The notes below the pieces were generated by a model. That model saw only the letters and a program-made list of their open reading frames with translations. It did no database searches and was not told the DNA's origin. Made by a program: the position numbers and the translations under genes. From Candidatus Woesearchaeota archaeon (GTDB taxonomy: Archaea > Nanobdellota > Nanobdellia > Woesearchaeales > GW2011-AR4), in the NCBI GenBank assembly GCA_016185865.1, contig JACPMU010000044.1:1-33947 (forward strand): DNA of 33,947 nt. Reading direction: 5' to 3'. This document shows positions 7,287-16,478 of the stretch, one piece after another (within the stretch, counting starts at the first letter, position 1; each line of letters opens with the position of its first letter).

Positions 7287-10200
7287 ATGGATTCAAAAGA
7301 AGACGAAGAGATATCTATTGACTTTGGCAAGATTAAAAAATTCTTCAAGAGCGATAAGAAAGAAGAAGACAAGAGTGTAGATGAAACTTCTGCAAAAACA
7401 GAGAAGGAAGATGATGAAATATCTATCGACTTTGGAAAAATAAAAAATTTCTTCAAGAGCGATAAGAAAGAGGAGAAAACGGAAGAAGAAGCTGAAAAAA
7501 AGGAAGATGACGAGATATCTATAGACTTTGGCAAGATTAAAAAATTTTTAAAATCCGGTGAAAAGGAAGCTGGAAATGCAGATGGTGATATAACAATAGA
7601 ATGGGGCAAAATTGGTGATTTCTTCAAAAAATACGGCGTTGTTTTCATTGCATTGATTCCTATAATCCTTTCAATCTACGTCAGAATGCAGGCCGGATTA
7701 CTGCCCATAACTGATGACTGGGCTGCAAACAGCGTGATAAATGGAATTAAATCTCAAATAAGGTCTTCGATTGACCAGCAATATCCCAATCTGCCTGATG
7801 CAAACAAAAATGCCCTTGTTGATACCGAGTTGCAGAAGATTTTAACCCAAAACAAAGCGCAAATTGATCAGCAGATAAAAGCCACCTCGCAGTACTTTAA
7901 ATCATTTTATCAAGACGAAAACGGAAAGAACTACATGCCGGACATTGATCCTTATTACTGGCTCAGGTATGCAGAAAATATTGTTGAGCATGGGCATCCT
8001 GGCGATGTATTAAAGGACGGAAGACCCTTTGATAACTACCAATTGGCTCCTATGGGCAGGTTTGTAGTGCCTGATATGTTTCATTCGTATTCATGGGCTT
8101 ATTTTCACAAATTTTTGCGTTTTATTATGCCTGACTTAACATTAATACATTCTGGGTTTTATCTCACTATTTTTATTTCAGCATTATGTGTTTTGCTAGT
8201 ATTCCTGATTGCAAGAAAAATTGCCGGCAATATCGGAGGATTTTTTGCGGGATTAATAATGGCTGTAAATGGCGCATTCTTATCAAGGTCATTGCACCCG
8301 GACAATGATATATGGGTCATCTTCTTTCCTTTGCTGATTACTTGGTTATTTTTAGTCATCATAGATATTAATAACATCATAAAAATAATATTTTTTACTG
8401 TACTTGCTGGATTTTTTACCGGATTATATACTCGCGCTTGGGCTGGCTGGTGGCATATATTTAACTTTTTATTAGTAACCATGCTGATTGAATTAATGTA
8501 TTTAGCATCAATTAATTTTACCATCAAAAAGGATTTAAGATTTATCTTTTCCAATTTAACTATCAGAAATCTTATCATTATCTTTGTGGTTTATTTCCTA
8601 TCAACAGCTATTTTCATAACTATATTTTCAGCTTGGCATATATTTATAGGCGGCTTCCTTGGACCATTAAGCTTTCCCTCAATTAAATCGCCCGTAGAGT
8701 CGTCATTATGGCCAAATGTGCTTACAACCGTTGCTGAATTAAATGAAGGTTCAATCAACAATATTATAAACTCTGTAGGAGGCCCATTTCTTTTTTTCAT
8801 AAGCCTGCTGGGTCTGATTCTGGCAATATCCAGAAGAGAAGGGCTAAAGAAATTTGATTTTTTTTATATAACTGGCACGTTCATTTTTTATGGTGCGTAC
8901 TTTTTATTTAGAAGGGTCGGATTTGACATATCTGTTTTTGGTTTGTTGATTTGGATAATGCTCCCGATTTTTATAAGAATTGGCATTTCAGTCTACAAAA
9001 AAGATTCGTCCTACGATTTCAAGCTTTCTATACTATTGTCTTTGTGGACTGCATCAACTATTTTTGCCGGAATTAAAGGCATTCGATTCACCTTATTGCT
9101 GGCCCCTGCATTTAGCGTAGCGTTTGGAGTTGCCCTTGGAAAAATCTATGTTTATTTATCAAGTGTGTTGAACAAAGAGCTCAAAATTCATAAAATTATA
9201 AGCAGTGTCATTTTGATTGCGTTACTGCTTTTGATGTACGCTAATCCTATCAGGGGCGCTGTCAGCAGTGCCGGAGCTGACATACCTATCATCAATGACG
9301 CATGGTATAGCGCCTTAGCTGCGATAAAACAAAACTCCAGCGAGAATGCAATCATTACTTCCTGGTGGGATTTTGGTCATCACTTCAAGGCTTTAGCCAA
9401 TAGACGAGTGACCTTTGATGGAACTACTCAAACTTCTGCAGCTGCCCACTGGGTTGGAAGATTGTTAATGACCAGTAACGAATCAGAGGCCATAGCTATT
9501 TTAAGGATGCTAGACTGTGGAAGTAACAACGCTTTTAGCGCTTTAGACGATGTAAATAAGGATACTCATTTATCATTGAGAATATTAAACCAAATTATGT
9601 TACTGGATAATAGAGATGCAGAAAAAAAGTTAAAAGCTCTCAAGTTTAATGAAGAGCAAATTGAAAAAATTCTTTCTTTCACGCACTGCGAGCCGCCGGA
9701 AGCTTATTTCATAGCCTCAGAAGATATGATCGGAAAGAGCGGCGTGTGGAGCCATTTTGGCAGCTGGAATTTTGAAAGGGCTGACATATGGCAAATTGCC
9801 AGAAAAATGACTAAAGATGACGCAATAGATTATATGGCAAAAAAATTCAACTATACAAAAGAAAGGGCTGAAAACACTTATTTTGAGGTACAGGCAATAT
9901 CGAGCGACAGCGAGGCCAATTCATGGGTTGCTCCATGGCCGGGTTATGGAGGCACTACCAGCTGCAGCAAAAATGCCCAAGAGGTTTATGTTTGCGGCAA
10001 CGGCCTTCAGGTAAATCTAAGCAACTACGATGTCTTTGGAATCGGCCAGCAAGGCATTGTAAGGCCCAAAGCAGCTGCATTCACAACCGAAGACGGTATT
10101 TTTAAGAAAGAATTTAATGGATCTTCTCTTGACTTTGGCGTAACTATCATCCCTAAAAATGAGAACGAGCTTGATGTAATTGTATCGAGCAAAGAATTAA

Positions 10201-10436
10201 CAGGAGGCATGTTTACGAGAATGTTTTACATGCAGGGGCATGGGCTCAGGTATTTCAAGCTGTTTAATAATCAGCGCGGATTAACAGGAACAAATATCTA
10301 TGTTTACAAAGTGGACTGGCAAGGCAAAAATCCGGCTATTGTTGATGATTATGTGAATATCCTGAAAGGCCCGGCCAAGGAAGAAGATGCGGCTGAAATC
10401 ATAAACCAGACACAAAACGATACAAATAGTTCCTAA
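7287..10436 (+). CDS. aglB: Oligosaccharyltransferase AglB (STT3 family)
   Basis: DIDPYYW, DND (DxD), TVAE (TIXE-like), WWDFG, DMIGK motifs; multiple TM helices; GAGGTG SD upstream. Confidence 0.93.
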   Translation: MDSKEDEEISIDFGKIKKFFKSDKKEEDKSVDETSAKTEKEDDEISIDFGKIKNFFKSDKKEEKTEEEAEKKEDDEISIDFGKIKKFLKSGEKEAGNADGDITIEWGKIGDFFKKYGVVFIALIPIILSIYVRMQAGLLPITDDWAANSVINGIKSQIRSSIDQQYPNLPDANKNALVDTELQKILTQNKAQIDQQIKATSQYFKSFYQDENGKNYMPDIDPYYWLRYAENIVEHGHPGDVLKDGRPFDNYQLAPMGRFVVPDMFHSYSWAYFHKFLRFIMPDLTLIHSGFYLTIFISALCVLLVFLIARKIAGNIGGFFAGLIMAVNGAFLSRSLHPDNDIWVIFFPLLITWLFLVIIDINNIIKIIFFTVLAGFFTGLYTRAWAGWWHIFNFLLVTMLIELMYLASINFTIKKDLRFIFSNLTIRNLIIIFVVYFLSTAIFITIFSAWHIFIGGFLGPLSFPSIKSPVESSLWPNVLTTVAELNEGSINNIINSVGGPFLFFISLLGLILAISRREGLKKFDFFYITGTFIFYGAYFLFRRVGFDISVFGLLIWIMLPIFIRIGISVYKKDSSYDFKLSILLSLWTASTIFAGIKGIRFTLLLAPAFSVAFGVALGKIYVYLSSVLNKELKIHKIISSVILIALLLLMYANPIRGAVSSAGADIPIINDAWYSALAAIKQNSSENAIITSWWDFGHHFKALANRRVTFDGTTQTSAAAHWVGRLLMTSNESEAIAILRMLDCGSNNAFSALDDVNKDTHLSLRILNQIMLLDNRDAEKKLKALKFNEEQIEKILSFTHCEPPEAYFIASEDMIGKSGVWSHFGSWNFERADIWQIARKMTKDDAIDYMAKKFNYTKERAENTYFEVQAISSDSEANSWVAPWPGYGGTTSCSKNAQEVYVCGNGLQVNLSNYDVFGIGQQGIVRPKAAAFTTEDGIFKKEFNGSSLDFGVTIIPKNENELDVIVSSKELTGGMFTRMFYMQGHGLRYFKLFNNQRGLTGTNIYVYKVDWQGKNPAIVDDYVNILKGPAKEEDAAEIINQTQNDTNSS
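7299..7631 (+). repeat. Coding tandem repeats (3 conserved plus 1 degenerate) at the AglB N-terminus
   Basis: EISIDFGKIK(K/N)F(F/L)KS three times, then DITIEWGKIGDFFKK, separated by E/K-rich linkers. Confidence 0.9.
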
Positions 10437-11105
10437 ATGAAAATAAGCGATGTATGGGCTGTGATACCTGCCCGCAACGAGCAGAAGAATATTGCAGATG
10501 TAATAAAGAAGACGAAGAGATATGTAGGCAATGTTGTAATTGTTGATGACGGCAGCACCGACAGCACAAGAGAGTTTGCTGAAAAATCAGGCGCTATTGT
10601 GCTTGGGCATATAGTAAACCTTGGCAAGGGAGCAGCCCTGAAAACCGGATGTGATTATGCTTTCAAGAACGGCGCTAAATATGTAATTGTCCTGGATGCC
10701 GACTCCCAGCATAAGCCGGAAGACATACCGCGGTTTATCGGGAAACTGCAGAAATATGATATAGTTTTCAGCTATAGAAAAGCAAGCGGCAAAATGCCGA
10801 TAGTGCTTCGCTTCGGAAATTGGTTTATATCCAATGTTGTAAAGGTTTTGTATGGCATCGGGCTGAATGACACCCAATGCGGGTTCCGCGCTTTTTCAAA
10901 AGAAGCCTACAAGAAAATCAGGTGGAATGCATCGGATTATTCGATGGAATCTGAAATGATTTCAAGGGCAGGAAAGCAAAGCTTAAAATATGTGCAGATT
11001 CCCATCCAAACAATATACTCTGACAAGTACAAAGGCACTACGATATTAGATGGCATGAGAATAGTCACAAATATGTTTTGGTGGAAATTATTTAATAATA
11101 AGTAA
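10437..11105 (+). CDS. GT2 glycosyltransferase (polyprenol-phosphate sugar synthase-like)
   Basis: VIPARNE, VDDGSTD, NLGKGAAL, DADSQH, DTQCGFRA. Confidence 0.9.
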   Translation: MKISDVWAVIPARNEQKNIADVIKKTKRYVGNVVIVDDGSTDSTREFAEKSGAIVLGHIVNLGKGAALKTGCDYAFKNGAKYVIVLDADSQHKPEDIPRFIGKLQKYDIVFSYRKASGKMPIVLRFGNWFISNVVKVLYGIGLNDTQCGFRAFSKEAYKKIRWNASDYSMESEMISRAGKQSLKYVQIPIQTIYSDKYKGTTILDGMRIVTNMFWWKLFNNK

Positions 11106-11106
11106 A

Positions 11107-11439
11107 ATGGTACTGGGAATTCAGATAGCTGGAATTTTATTCGGATTGTTCATGATTTATTACTCCTTTCTGAACTACAAGAGGAAGGAATTCAGCTCAA
11201 AAGAAATATTCTTCTGGTCAGTAGTATGGATATTGTTTATTGCAATATCATTATTCCCGAATATCCTGGATCCGATAGTCAAAATAGGGGGGTTTTTAAG
11301 GGCTCTTGACTTGCTTATCATAAGCGGCTTTCTTTTCCTGATTGCAGCCATTTTCTATACGTATACTGTCACAAGAAAAGTGCAGAAAAAGCTTGAAACA
11401 GTAGTTCGGGACGTTGCAATGAGAAAGTACAGGAAATGA
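11107..11439 (+). CDS. DUF2304-like small membrane protein
   Basis: Three TM segments, FP motif, C-terminal coiled tail (LETVVRDVA), directly after a GT2 gene as is typical for this family. Confidence 0.75.
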   Translation: MVLGIQIAGILFGLFMIYYSFLNYKRKEFSSKEIFFWSVVWILFIAISLFPNILDPIVKIGGFLRALDLLIISGFLFLIAAIFYTYTVTRKVQKKLETVVRDVAMRKYRK

Positions 11440-11496
11440 CGCTTTTCTGACAGTATTTAAACAATATTTAAATAATGTATATTGTTACTTCTGGCT

Positions 11497-12636
11497 ATGG
11501 TAGTTATAATTAAATTTATTGACAAATACGTAGGGAATTTTGTGTGTAATTTTCTTGGCTTGTTCAAGGGAAAGAGGAATGGCGACAAGCCGAAAATTGA
11601 TAAAATACTGATTGTGCAGCTTTGGGGCATAGGGGAGACAATTTTAACGCTGCCTGCCATTGAAGCCCTCAAAGCTAAATTCCCCCATGCAGAGATGGAT
11701 GTCTTGGCCACGCCAAGAAACAAGGATGTTTATTTTAACAATAAAAGCATGGATTCTATTATCCCAATAAAATTAAACCCGTTTTCCATTGCATTGTTTA
11801 TTCTGAAGAATATTAAAAAATATGATTTGGCCATAGACATGGAGGAGTATCTTAATATTTCAGCGGTAATTTCATTTTGTGTGGGCAAAAAAATTGTTGG
11901 GTATTCTCATGGCGCAAGGGCAAAATTGTATGACGTAAAAATAAGATATAATGACAGGCAGCATGCTGTACAGACATTTCTCGATTTAGTGAGGTCTCTG
12001 GGGATTGACTACAATTTTGAGAAATTGCCAAAACTGAATTTCTCCAGGAATGACAAGAATTTTGTTGATAAGTTTTTGAAGAATAATGGAATCAAACGCA
12101 ATGATTTTGCTGTCTGCGTTGCTCCAGGAGCTGCAGAGTCCGCAAAAGCAAGAATGTGGCCTTATAAAAGATATGCTGAATTGTGCGAGGAGCTGATTGC
12201 CAAAAACAATGCCAAGGTAATTTTTGTCGGCAATTCTGATGAAATTCAGCTGATTGAAAGCATACAAAAAAGTATTGAAAAAAAGGACAAAACAATAAAC
12301 ACGGCTGGAAAAATAACTCTTAACCAGCTGTTTTATTTGATAAGCAGGTGCAGGCTTTTCATCGGCAATGACGCAGGACCTATGCACATAGCAGCAGCCC
12401 AGAGCATTAAAACATTGGGATTATTTGGCCCCAATCTGCCGGTAAGGTTTGGGCCTTATGGAAAAGGCAATATTGGACTGTACAAAGGGTATAACTGCGA
12501 ATTCAGCCCGTGCATTAATGTCCATAAAGGCCAGGTTCCGGATTGTTTGTACCCAAAAAACAGCAATGATTACCAGAAATGCATGAAAAACATAAGCGTT
12601 GACGATGTGCTGAAGGAAATTGAGAAGATAACCTAG
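11497..12636 (+). CDS. GT9 glycosyltransferase (ADP-heptose heptosyltransferase-like)
   Basis: ILIVQLWGIGE.ILTLP, APGA...RMWP, GNDAGPMHIAAA, LFGP, C.FSPC...C motifs. ATG at 11497 lies about 25 nt after TTTAAATA (11467-11474). Confidence 0.88.
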   Translation: MVVIIKFIDKYVGNFVCNFLGLFKGKRNGDKPKIDKILIVQLWGIGETILTLPAIEALKAKFPHAEMDVLATPRNKDVYFNNKSMDSIIPIKLNPFSIALFILKNIKKYDLAIDMEEYLNISAVISFCVGKKIVGYSHGARAKLYDVKIRYNDRQHAVQTFLDLVRSLGIDYNFEKLPKLNFSRNDKNFVDKFLKNNGIKRNDFAVCVAPGAAESAKARMWPYKRYAELCEELIAKNNAKVIFVGNSDEIQLIESIQKSIEKKDKTINTAGKITLNQLFYLISRCRLFIGNDAGPMHIAAAQSIKTLGLFGPNLPVRFGPYGKGNIGLYKGYNCEFSPCINVHKGQVPDCLYPKNSNDYQKCMKNISVDDVLKEIEKIT

Positions 12637-13385
12637 GCGTTTACATGCAAATATTCCCCATAGGTGAAGAATCCAACCAATTGCTTCATCCTTGCCAGTT
12701 TTGGAAACAAATTTTTTTCCAATGACGCGGCTTCATCAAGCATCTCAAAAACTTCTGGGCTGAAAATGTAAATCCCTGCATTGACTATGTTTGTTGAATA
12801 ATGTTTTGGCTTTTCCTGGAAATCCACAATCAAATCACCATCTAGGATTGCTGTGCCGTAGCTGCTTGTTTTCTCTCTTGTCATCAGCCCCATTGTAGCA
12901 AGCTTTTCAGATTCCATGTGTTTTTTTATCATTTTTAACAGGTCAAAATTATTGTAAGTGTCGCCTGACATCACAACAAAGCTGTTATCCATTTTATCCT
13001 TTACAGCTTTTAATGCGTCTGCGTTTCCCTTTGCCTGCTTTTCAATAATTTCAACATTTATCTTGGCATCAGACATTTCATTGAGAAGCATATTTATATT
13101 TTTAGTATGCTGGGTTATGATATGTATTTTTTTGATGCCATGTTTTGAGAAAAAATCGATTTGGTGTCTGATTAACGATGCTCCTTTGATATATTTTAAT
13201 GCAAATGCCTGGTGCTCGCCCTTAAGCAGCAGTACAGCAGCATTGACTGATTGCTCCTGAAGCCCTTTTTTCAAAAAGTACTCTATTGCTTGCGACCTGC
13301 TTCTCATCACAGAGCCATCTACTTTAGAATCAACTAGCTTTAACAACGAGTTGTCAAGCGATATTGCTATTTTCGCTTTTATCAT
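12633..13385 (-). CDS. Ribbon-helix-helix (CopG/NikR-like) plus degenerate sugar-phosphate nucleotidyltransferase fusion
   Basis: N-terminus KIAISLD..LL..VD......SRSQAIE; C-terminal NTP-transferase fold (FVVMSGD, YG, F.EKP, VNAGIYIF) with LLKGEH in place of the LAGGxGTR signature. Confidence 0.8.
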   Translation of the reverse strand: MIKAKIAISLDNSLLKLVDSKVDGSVMRSRSQAIEYFLKKGLQEQSVNAAVLLLKGEHQAFALKYIKGASLIRHQIDFFSKHGIKKIHIITQHTKNINMLLNEMSDAKINVEIIEKQAKGNADALKAVKDKMDNSFVVMSGDTYNNFDLLKMIKKHMESEKLATMGLMTREKTSSYGTAILDGDLIVDFQEKPKHYSTNIVNAGIYIFSPEVFEMLDEAASLEKNLFPKLARMKQLVGFFTYGEYLHVNA

Positions 13386-13459
13386 AGGTATGATAAAGTA
13401 GTAGAAAGTATGACTTTATATTGTTTTATATGATACAGAATATAATTTGGCTCCAGAAC

Positions 13460-13509
13460 CGAAAGATTTAAATACAAAAACAAGTTAAAGTATGAAATAT
13501 TCATACTTT
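13460..13509 (+). promoter_or_regulatory. Heptose operon promoter with palindromic operator candidate
   Basis: CGAAAGA-TTTAAATA (13460-13474), then a perfect inverted repeat AAAGTATGAA-ATA-TTCATACTTT (13487-13509). Confidence 0.7.
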
Positions 13510-13519
13510 TGGTGCAACC

Positions 13520-14086
13520 ATGCAAAATGAAATAAAATCGATGATTAATGAAAGCATTGAAACAAAAAGATTAGTGCAGGCTTTATCCCAAAAAATTGAG
13601 GAAGCTGCCAATTTAGTGGTTAAAGTATTAAAAAGCGGCAAGAAAATAATTCTGGCAGGCAACGGAGGCTCATCAACACAGGCATCCCATATTGCAGCAG
13701 AGTTCGCAGGAAGGTACAAGCTTGAAAGAAAGGCTCTTCCGGCACTAGCATTGACAACTGACATGGCTGCAATAACCGCGATAGGCAATGACTACGGGTT
13801 TGAGAATGTGTTTGAAAGGCAGCTGGAAGCATTGGCCAATGAAGGCGATGTGTTTATTGCATTGTCAACAAGCGGCAATTCAGAAAATCTGATTAAAGCG
13901 GCAGAAGCTGCAAAAAAGCTTGATGTTCACGTTATAGGACTTCTTGGAAAAGACGGCGGCAAATTAAGGAATGCCTCAGATCTTGAGATAATAGTTCCTT
14001 CTACCAACACCCCCAGAATACAGGAGGCCCATCTCATGATTTTGCACATAATATGCGAATTGGCTGAAAAGGAGCTGTTTGGTTAA
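13520..14086 (+). CDS. gmhA: D-sedoheptulose-7-phosphate isomerase
   Basis: GNGGS, HIAAEF.GRY..ER, TAIGNDYGF, STSGNS, TPRIQEAH. Confidence 0.93.
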   Translation: MQNEIKSMINESIETKRLVQALSQKIEEAANLVVKVLKSGKKIILAGNGGSSTQASHIAAEFAGRYKLERKALPALALTTDMAAITAIGNDYGFENVFERQLEALANEGDVFIALSTSGNSENLIKAAEAAKKLDVHVIGLLGKDGGKLRNASDLEIIVPSTNTPRIQEAHLMILHIICELAEKELFG

Positions 14087-14981
14087 AATGCTGGACTTCA
14101 ATAAAATAAAAACTATCTCCATAAAACAGAGAAAAAATAAAGTTAAATTGAATGATTTAATCAGGCCTGAAAATTCCAAAGTTTTGATAAATACAAAAGA
14201 ATTTGATGAGCTGTCAAGTCATATAATTAATGCCTACAAAAGCAAGAAACAAATTATCCTGATGATGGGCGCCCATGTGATAAAGGTTGGAATGAGCCTT
14301 TTGATAATCGACCTTATGAAAAAAGGCATTATAAAGTATATTGCAATGAACGGCGCAGGCCCTATACATGATTTTGAGATTGCATTAATCGGAGAAACTT
14401 CTGAATATGTTGAAGATACAATTGAAGACGGGACATTTGGAATGATAGAAGAGACCGGCAGGATTTTGAATGAGGCAATCAAAGAAGGCGCTGAAAAGAA
14501 CTATGGATTGGGGTATTCTGTCGGAAAGAAAATAAGCGATTTAAACCTTCCAAACAAGGAATGCAGCATTTTATACAATGCTTACAAGCTAGGCACTCCA
14601 GCTACCGTGCATGTCGCAATCGGAACAGACATTATACACCAGCACCCGAGCTGCGACGGCGCTGCTGTTGGCAAAACAACATATCAAGATTTTAAAATTT
14701 TTGCAGAAAGCGTAAGCAAGCTTGAAGACGGAGTTGTATTAAACATAGGCTGCGCTGTAATACTGCCGGAAGTTTTTCTAAAAGCATTAACAATTGCAAG
14801 AAATCTTGGATTTAAGGTCGAGAAAATAACAGCAGCAAACCTTGACATGATCGATCATTACAGACCAAGGGAGAATGTTGTCCAGAGGCCGACTTCATTG
14901 GGAGGGAAAGGCTTTATAATCATTGAAAAGCACGAAAAGACAATTCCTACGCTGCACAGGGCACTAACGGAGGGGATTTGA
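14079..14981 (+). CDS. Conserved protein with deoxyhypusine synthase-like fold (GSU2086-like), function unknown
   Basis: GAHVIKVG, NGAG.IHDFE, TSE.V, FGM..ETG, HVAIGTDI.H, PEVFLKA, HYRP motifs; overlaps gmhA. Confidence 0.65.
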   Translation: MVKMLDFNKIKTISIKQRKNKVKLNDLIRPENSKVLINTKEFDELSSHIINAYKSKKQIILMMGAHVIKVGMSLLIIDLMKKGIIKYIAMNGAGPIHDFEIALIGETSEYVEDTIEDGTFGMIEETGRILNEAIKEGAEKNYGLGYSVGKKISDLNLPNKECSILYNAYKLGTPATVHVAIGTDIIHQHPSCDGAAVGKTTYQDFKIFAESVSKLEDGVVLNIGCAVILPEVFLKALTIARNLGFKVEKITAANLDMIDHYRPRENVVQRPTSLGGKGFIIIEKHEKTIPTLHRALTEGI

Positions 14982-14982
14982 A

Positions 14983-15954
14983 ATGAAGCAAAGGCTGTTG
15001 AAAATCTTGGAGAATTTTAAAAATAAAAGAATTCTTGTAATAGGGGACATAATGCTTGACAAATACATTTGGGGGGATGTCTCAAGAATAAGCCCTGAAG
15101 CTCCTGTTCAGGTGGTTAATGTGTTGAAAGAAACTTATGAAGCTGGAGGGGCGGCTAACGTGGCAAGCAATGTGTCTGCGCTTACAGGAAAGGCATTCAT
15201 GGTCGGCATTGTAGGGAATGACGAGGCTAAAAATATGCTTCTAGAAGAGCTGAATAAGAGGGACATAGATGTTGAAGGCATATTCATAGATAAAGACAAG
15301 CCAACAACCCAAAAAGTTAGAGTAATAGGCAAAAGCCAGCAATTGCTCAGAGTCGATTACGAAAAAAAAGGGCATGCCCATAAGGATACAGAAAATAAAA
15401 TGATTGCGTTCTTTAATAGGATAATCAACAAAGTGGATGTTGTGGCTGTTTCAGACTATGCAAAGGGTGTAATAACACAAACAATTTGCAACAAACTGAT
15501 TCAAATAGCAAAAGACAACAATAAGATGATAATTGTTGATCCGAAGCCGAAGCATAAGGATTTGTATGTGAATGCCACCCTGGTAACTCCAAATAATGCA
15601 GAGGCAAGCGAAATGACAAATATCGAGGATGGGGACGAGGCTGTCTTGGGCGCGGGTGCCAAGCTTTTGGAATGCCTTAATTCAAATGTCTTAATTACAC
15701 GAGGGGAAAAAGGCATGTCTTTGTTTGAGAAAGACGGAAGCATAACTGATATTCCGGCAAAAGCCAAGGAAGTTTACAGCATTATCGGAGCAGGCGACAC
15801 TGTTGTCGCCACTATAGCGCTTGCATTGGCTTCAGGAGCAGATTTGAAGGAAGCGGCTATGCTGGCAAACATCGCAGCCGGGATAAAGGTCGGCAAAATA
15901 GGAACGGCTTCTGTAAGCATTGAAGAAATAAAAAGAGAACTTGAGAATTTATGA
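14983..15954 (+). CDS. rfaE1: D-glycero-beta-D-manno-heptose-7-phosphate kinase (HldA/RfaE domain I)
   Basis: GDIMLD.Y..G...RISPEAPV, GGAANVA, SDYAKG, VDPK, TPN..EA, GAGDTV. Confidence 0.93.
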   Translation: MKQRLLKILENFKNKRILVIGDIMLDKYIWGDVSRISPEAPVQVVNVLKETYEAGGAANVASNVSALTGKAFMVGIVGNDEAKNMLLEELNKRDIDVEGIFIDKDKPTTQKVRVIGKSQQLLRVDYEKKGHAHKDTENKMIAFFNRIINKVDVVAVSDYAKGVITQTICNKLIQIAKDNNKMIIVDPKPKHKDLYVNATLVTPNNAEASEMTNIEDGDEAVLGAGAKLLECLNSNVLITRGEKGMSLFEKDGSITDIPAKAKEVYSIIGAGDTVVATIALALASGADLKEAAMLANIAAGIKVGKIGTASVSIEEIKRELENL

Positions 15955-16478
15955 TAAAGGCAGTTTTTTTGGACCGCGATGGTACAATTGTTGAGGATAC
16001 AGGTTATGTCCATAAAGTGGAGGATTTCAAACTGCTACCAAACTCAATTAAAGGCTTAAGGAAATTAGGAAAATTTATGATTTTTATTGTGACTAACCAA
16101 TCAGGTATAGGAAGAGGGGTGTATAAGCTGGAAGATTTTAAAAAATTCAATAACAAGATGATTGGTGAATTAGGCAAGCACAAAATAAAAATAAAAAAAA
16201 TATATTATTGTCCTCATACACCAGAAGACGATTGTGACTGCCGCAAACCAAAGATAAAGTTTTTGGAGGAGGCGAAGAAAGAATTCAAAATTAACTTGAA
16301 AAGCTCTTTTGTGATTGGAGACCAAAAAGCGGATATTGAATTAGGCAAAAATGGAAATTGTAAGTCAATACTTGTCTTAACTGGTAACGGGAACAAGACA
16401 AAAAAAGATATAAACGCTGATTTTGTTGCTGAAGACTTACTGGATGTTGCAAAATGGATTTTGAAGAATGATAAATAA
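15951..16478 (+). CDS. gmhB: D-glycero-D-manno-heptose-1,7-bisphosphate phosphatase
   Basis: FLDRDGT, TNQSGIGRG, CPH....CDCRKP, IGD...D; operon context. Confidence 0.9.
   Translation: MIKAVFLDRDGTIVEDTGYVHKVEDFKLLPNSIKGLRKLGKFMIFIVTNQSGIGRGVYKLEDFKKFNNKMIGELGKHKIKIKKIYYCPHTPEDDCDCRKPKIKFLEEAKKEFKINLKSSFVIGDQKADIELGKNGNCKSILVLTGNGNKTKKDINADFVAEDLLDVAKWILKNDK

Noticed and set aside
7299..7631. CRISPR-like repeat/spacer pattern
   Set aside because: Repeats are in frame within aglB, differ at synonymous positions, and no cas genes are nearby.
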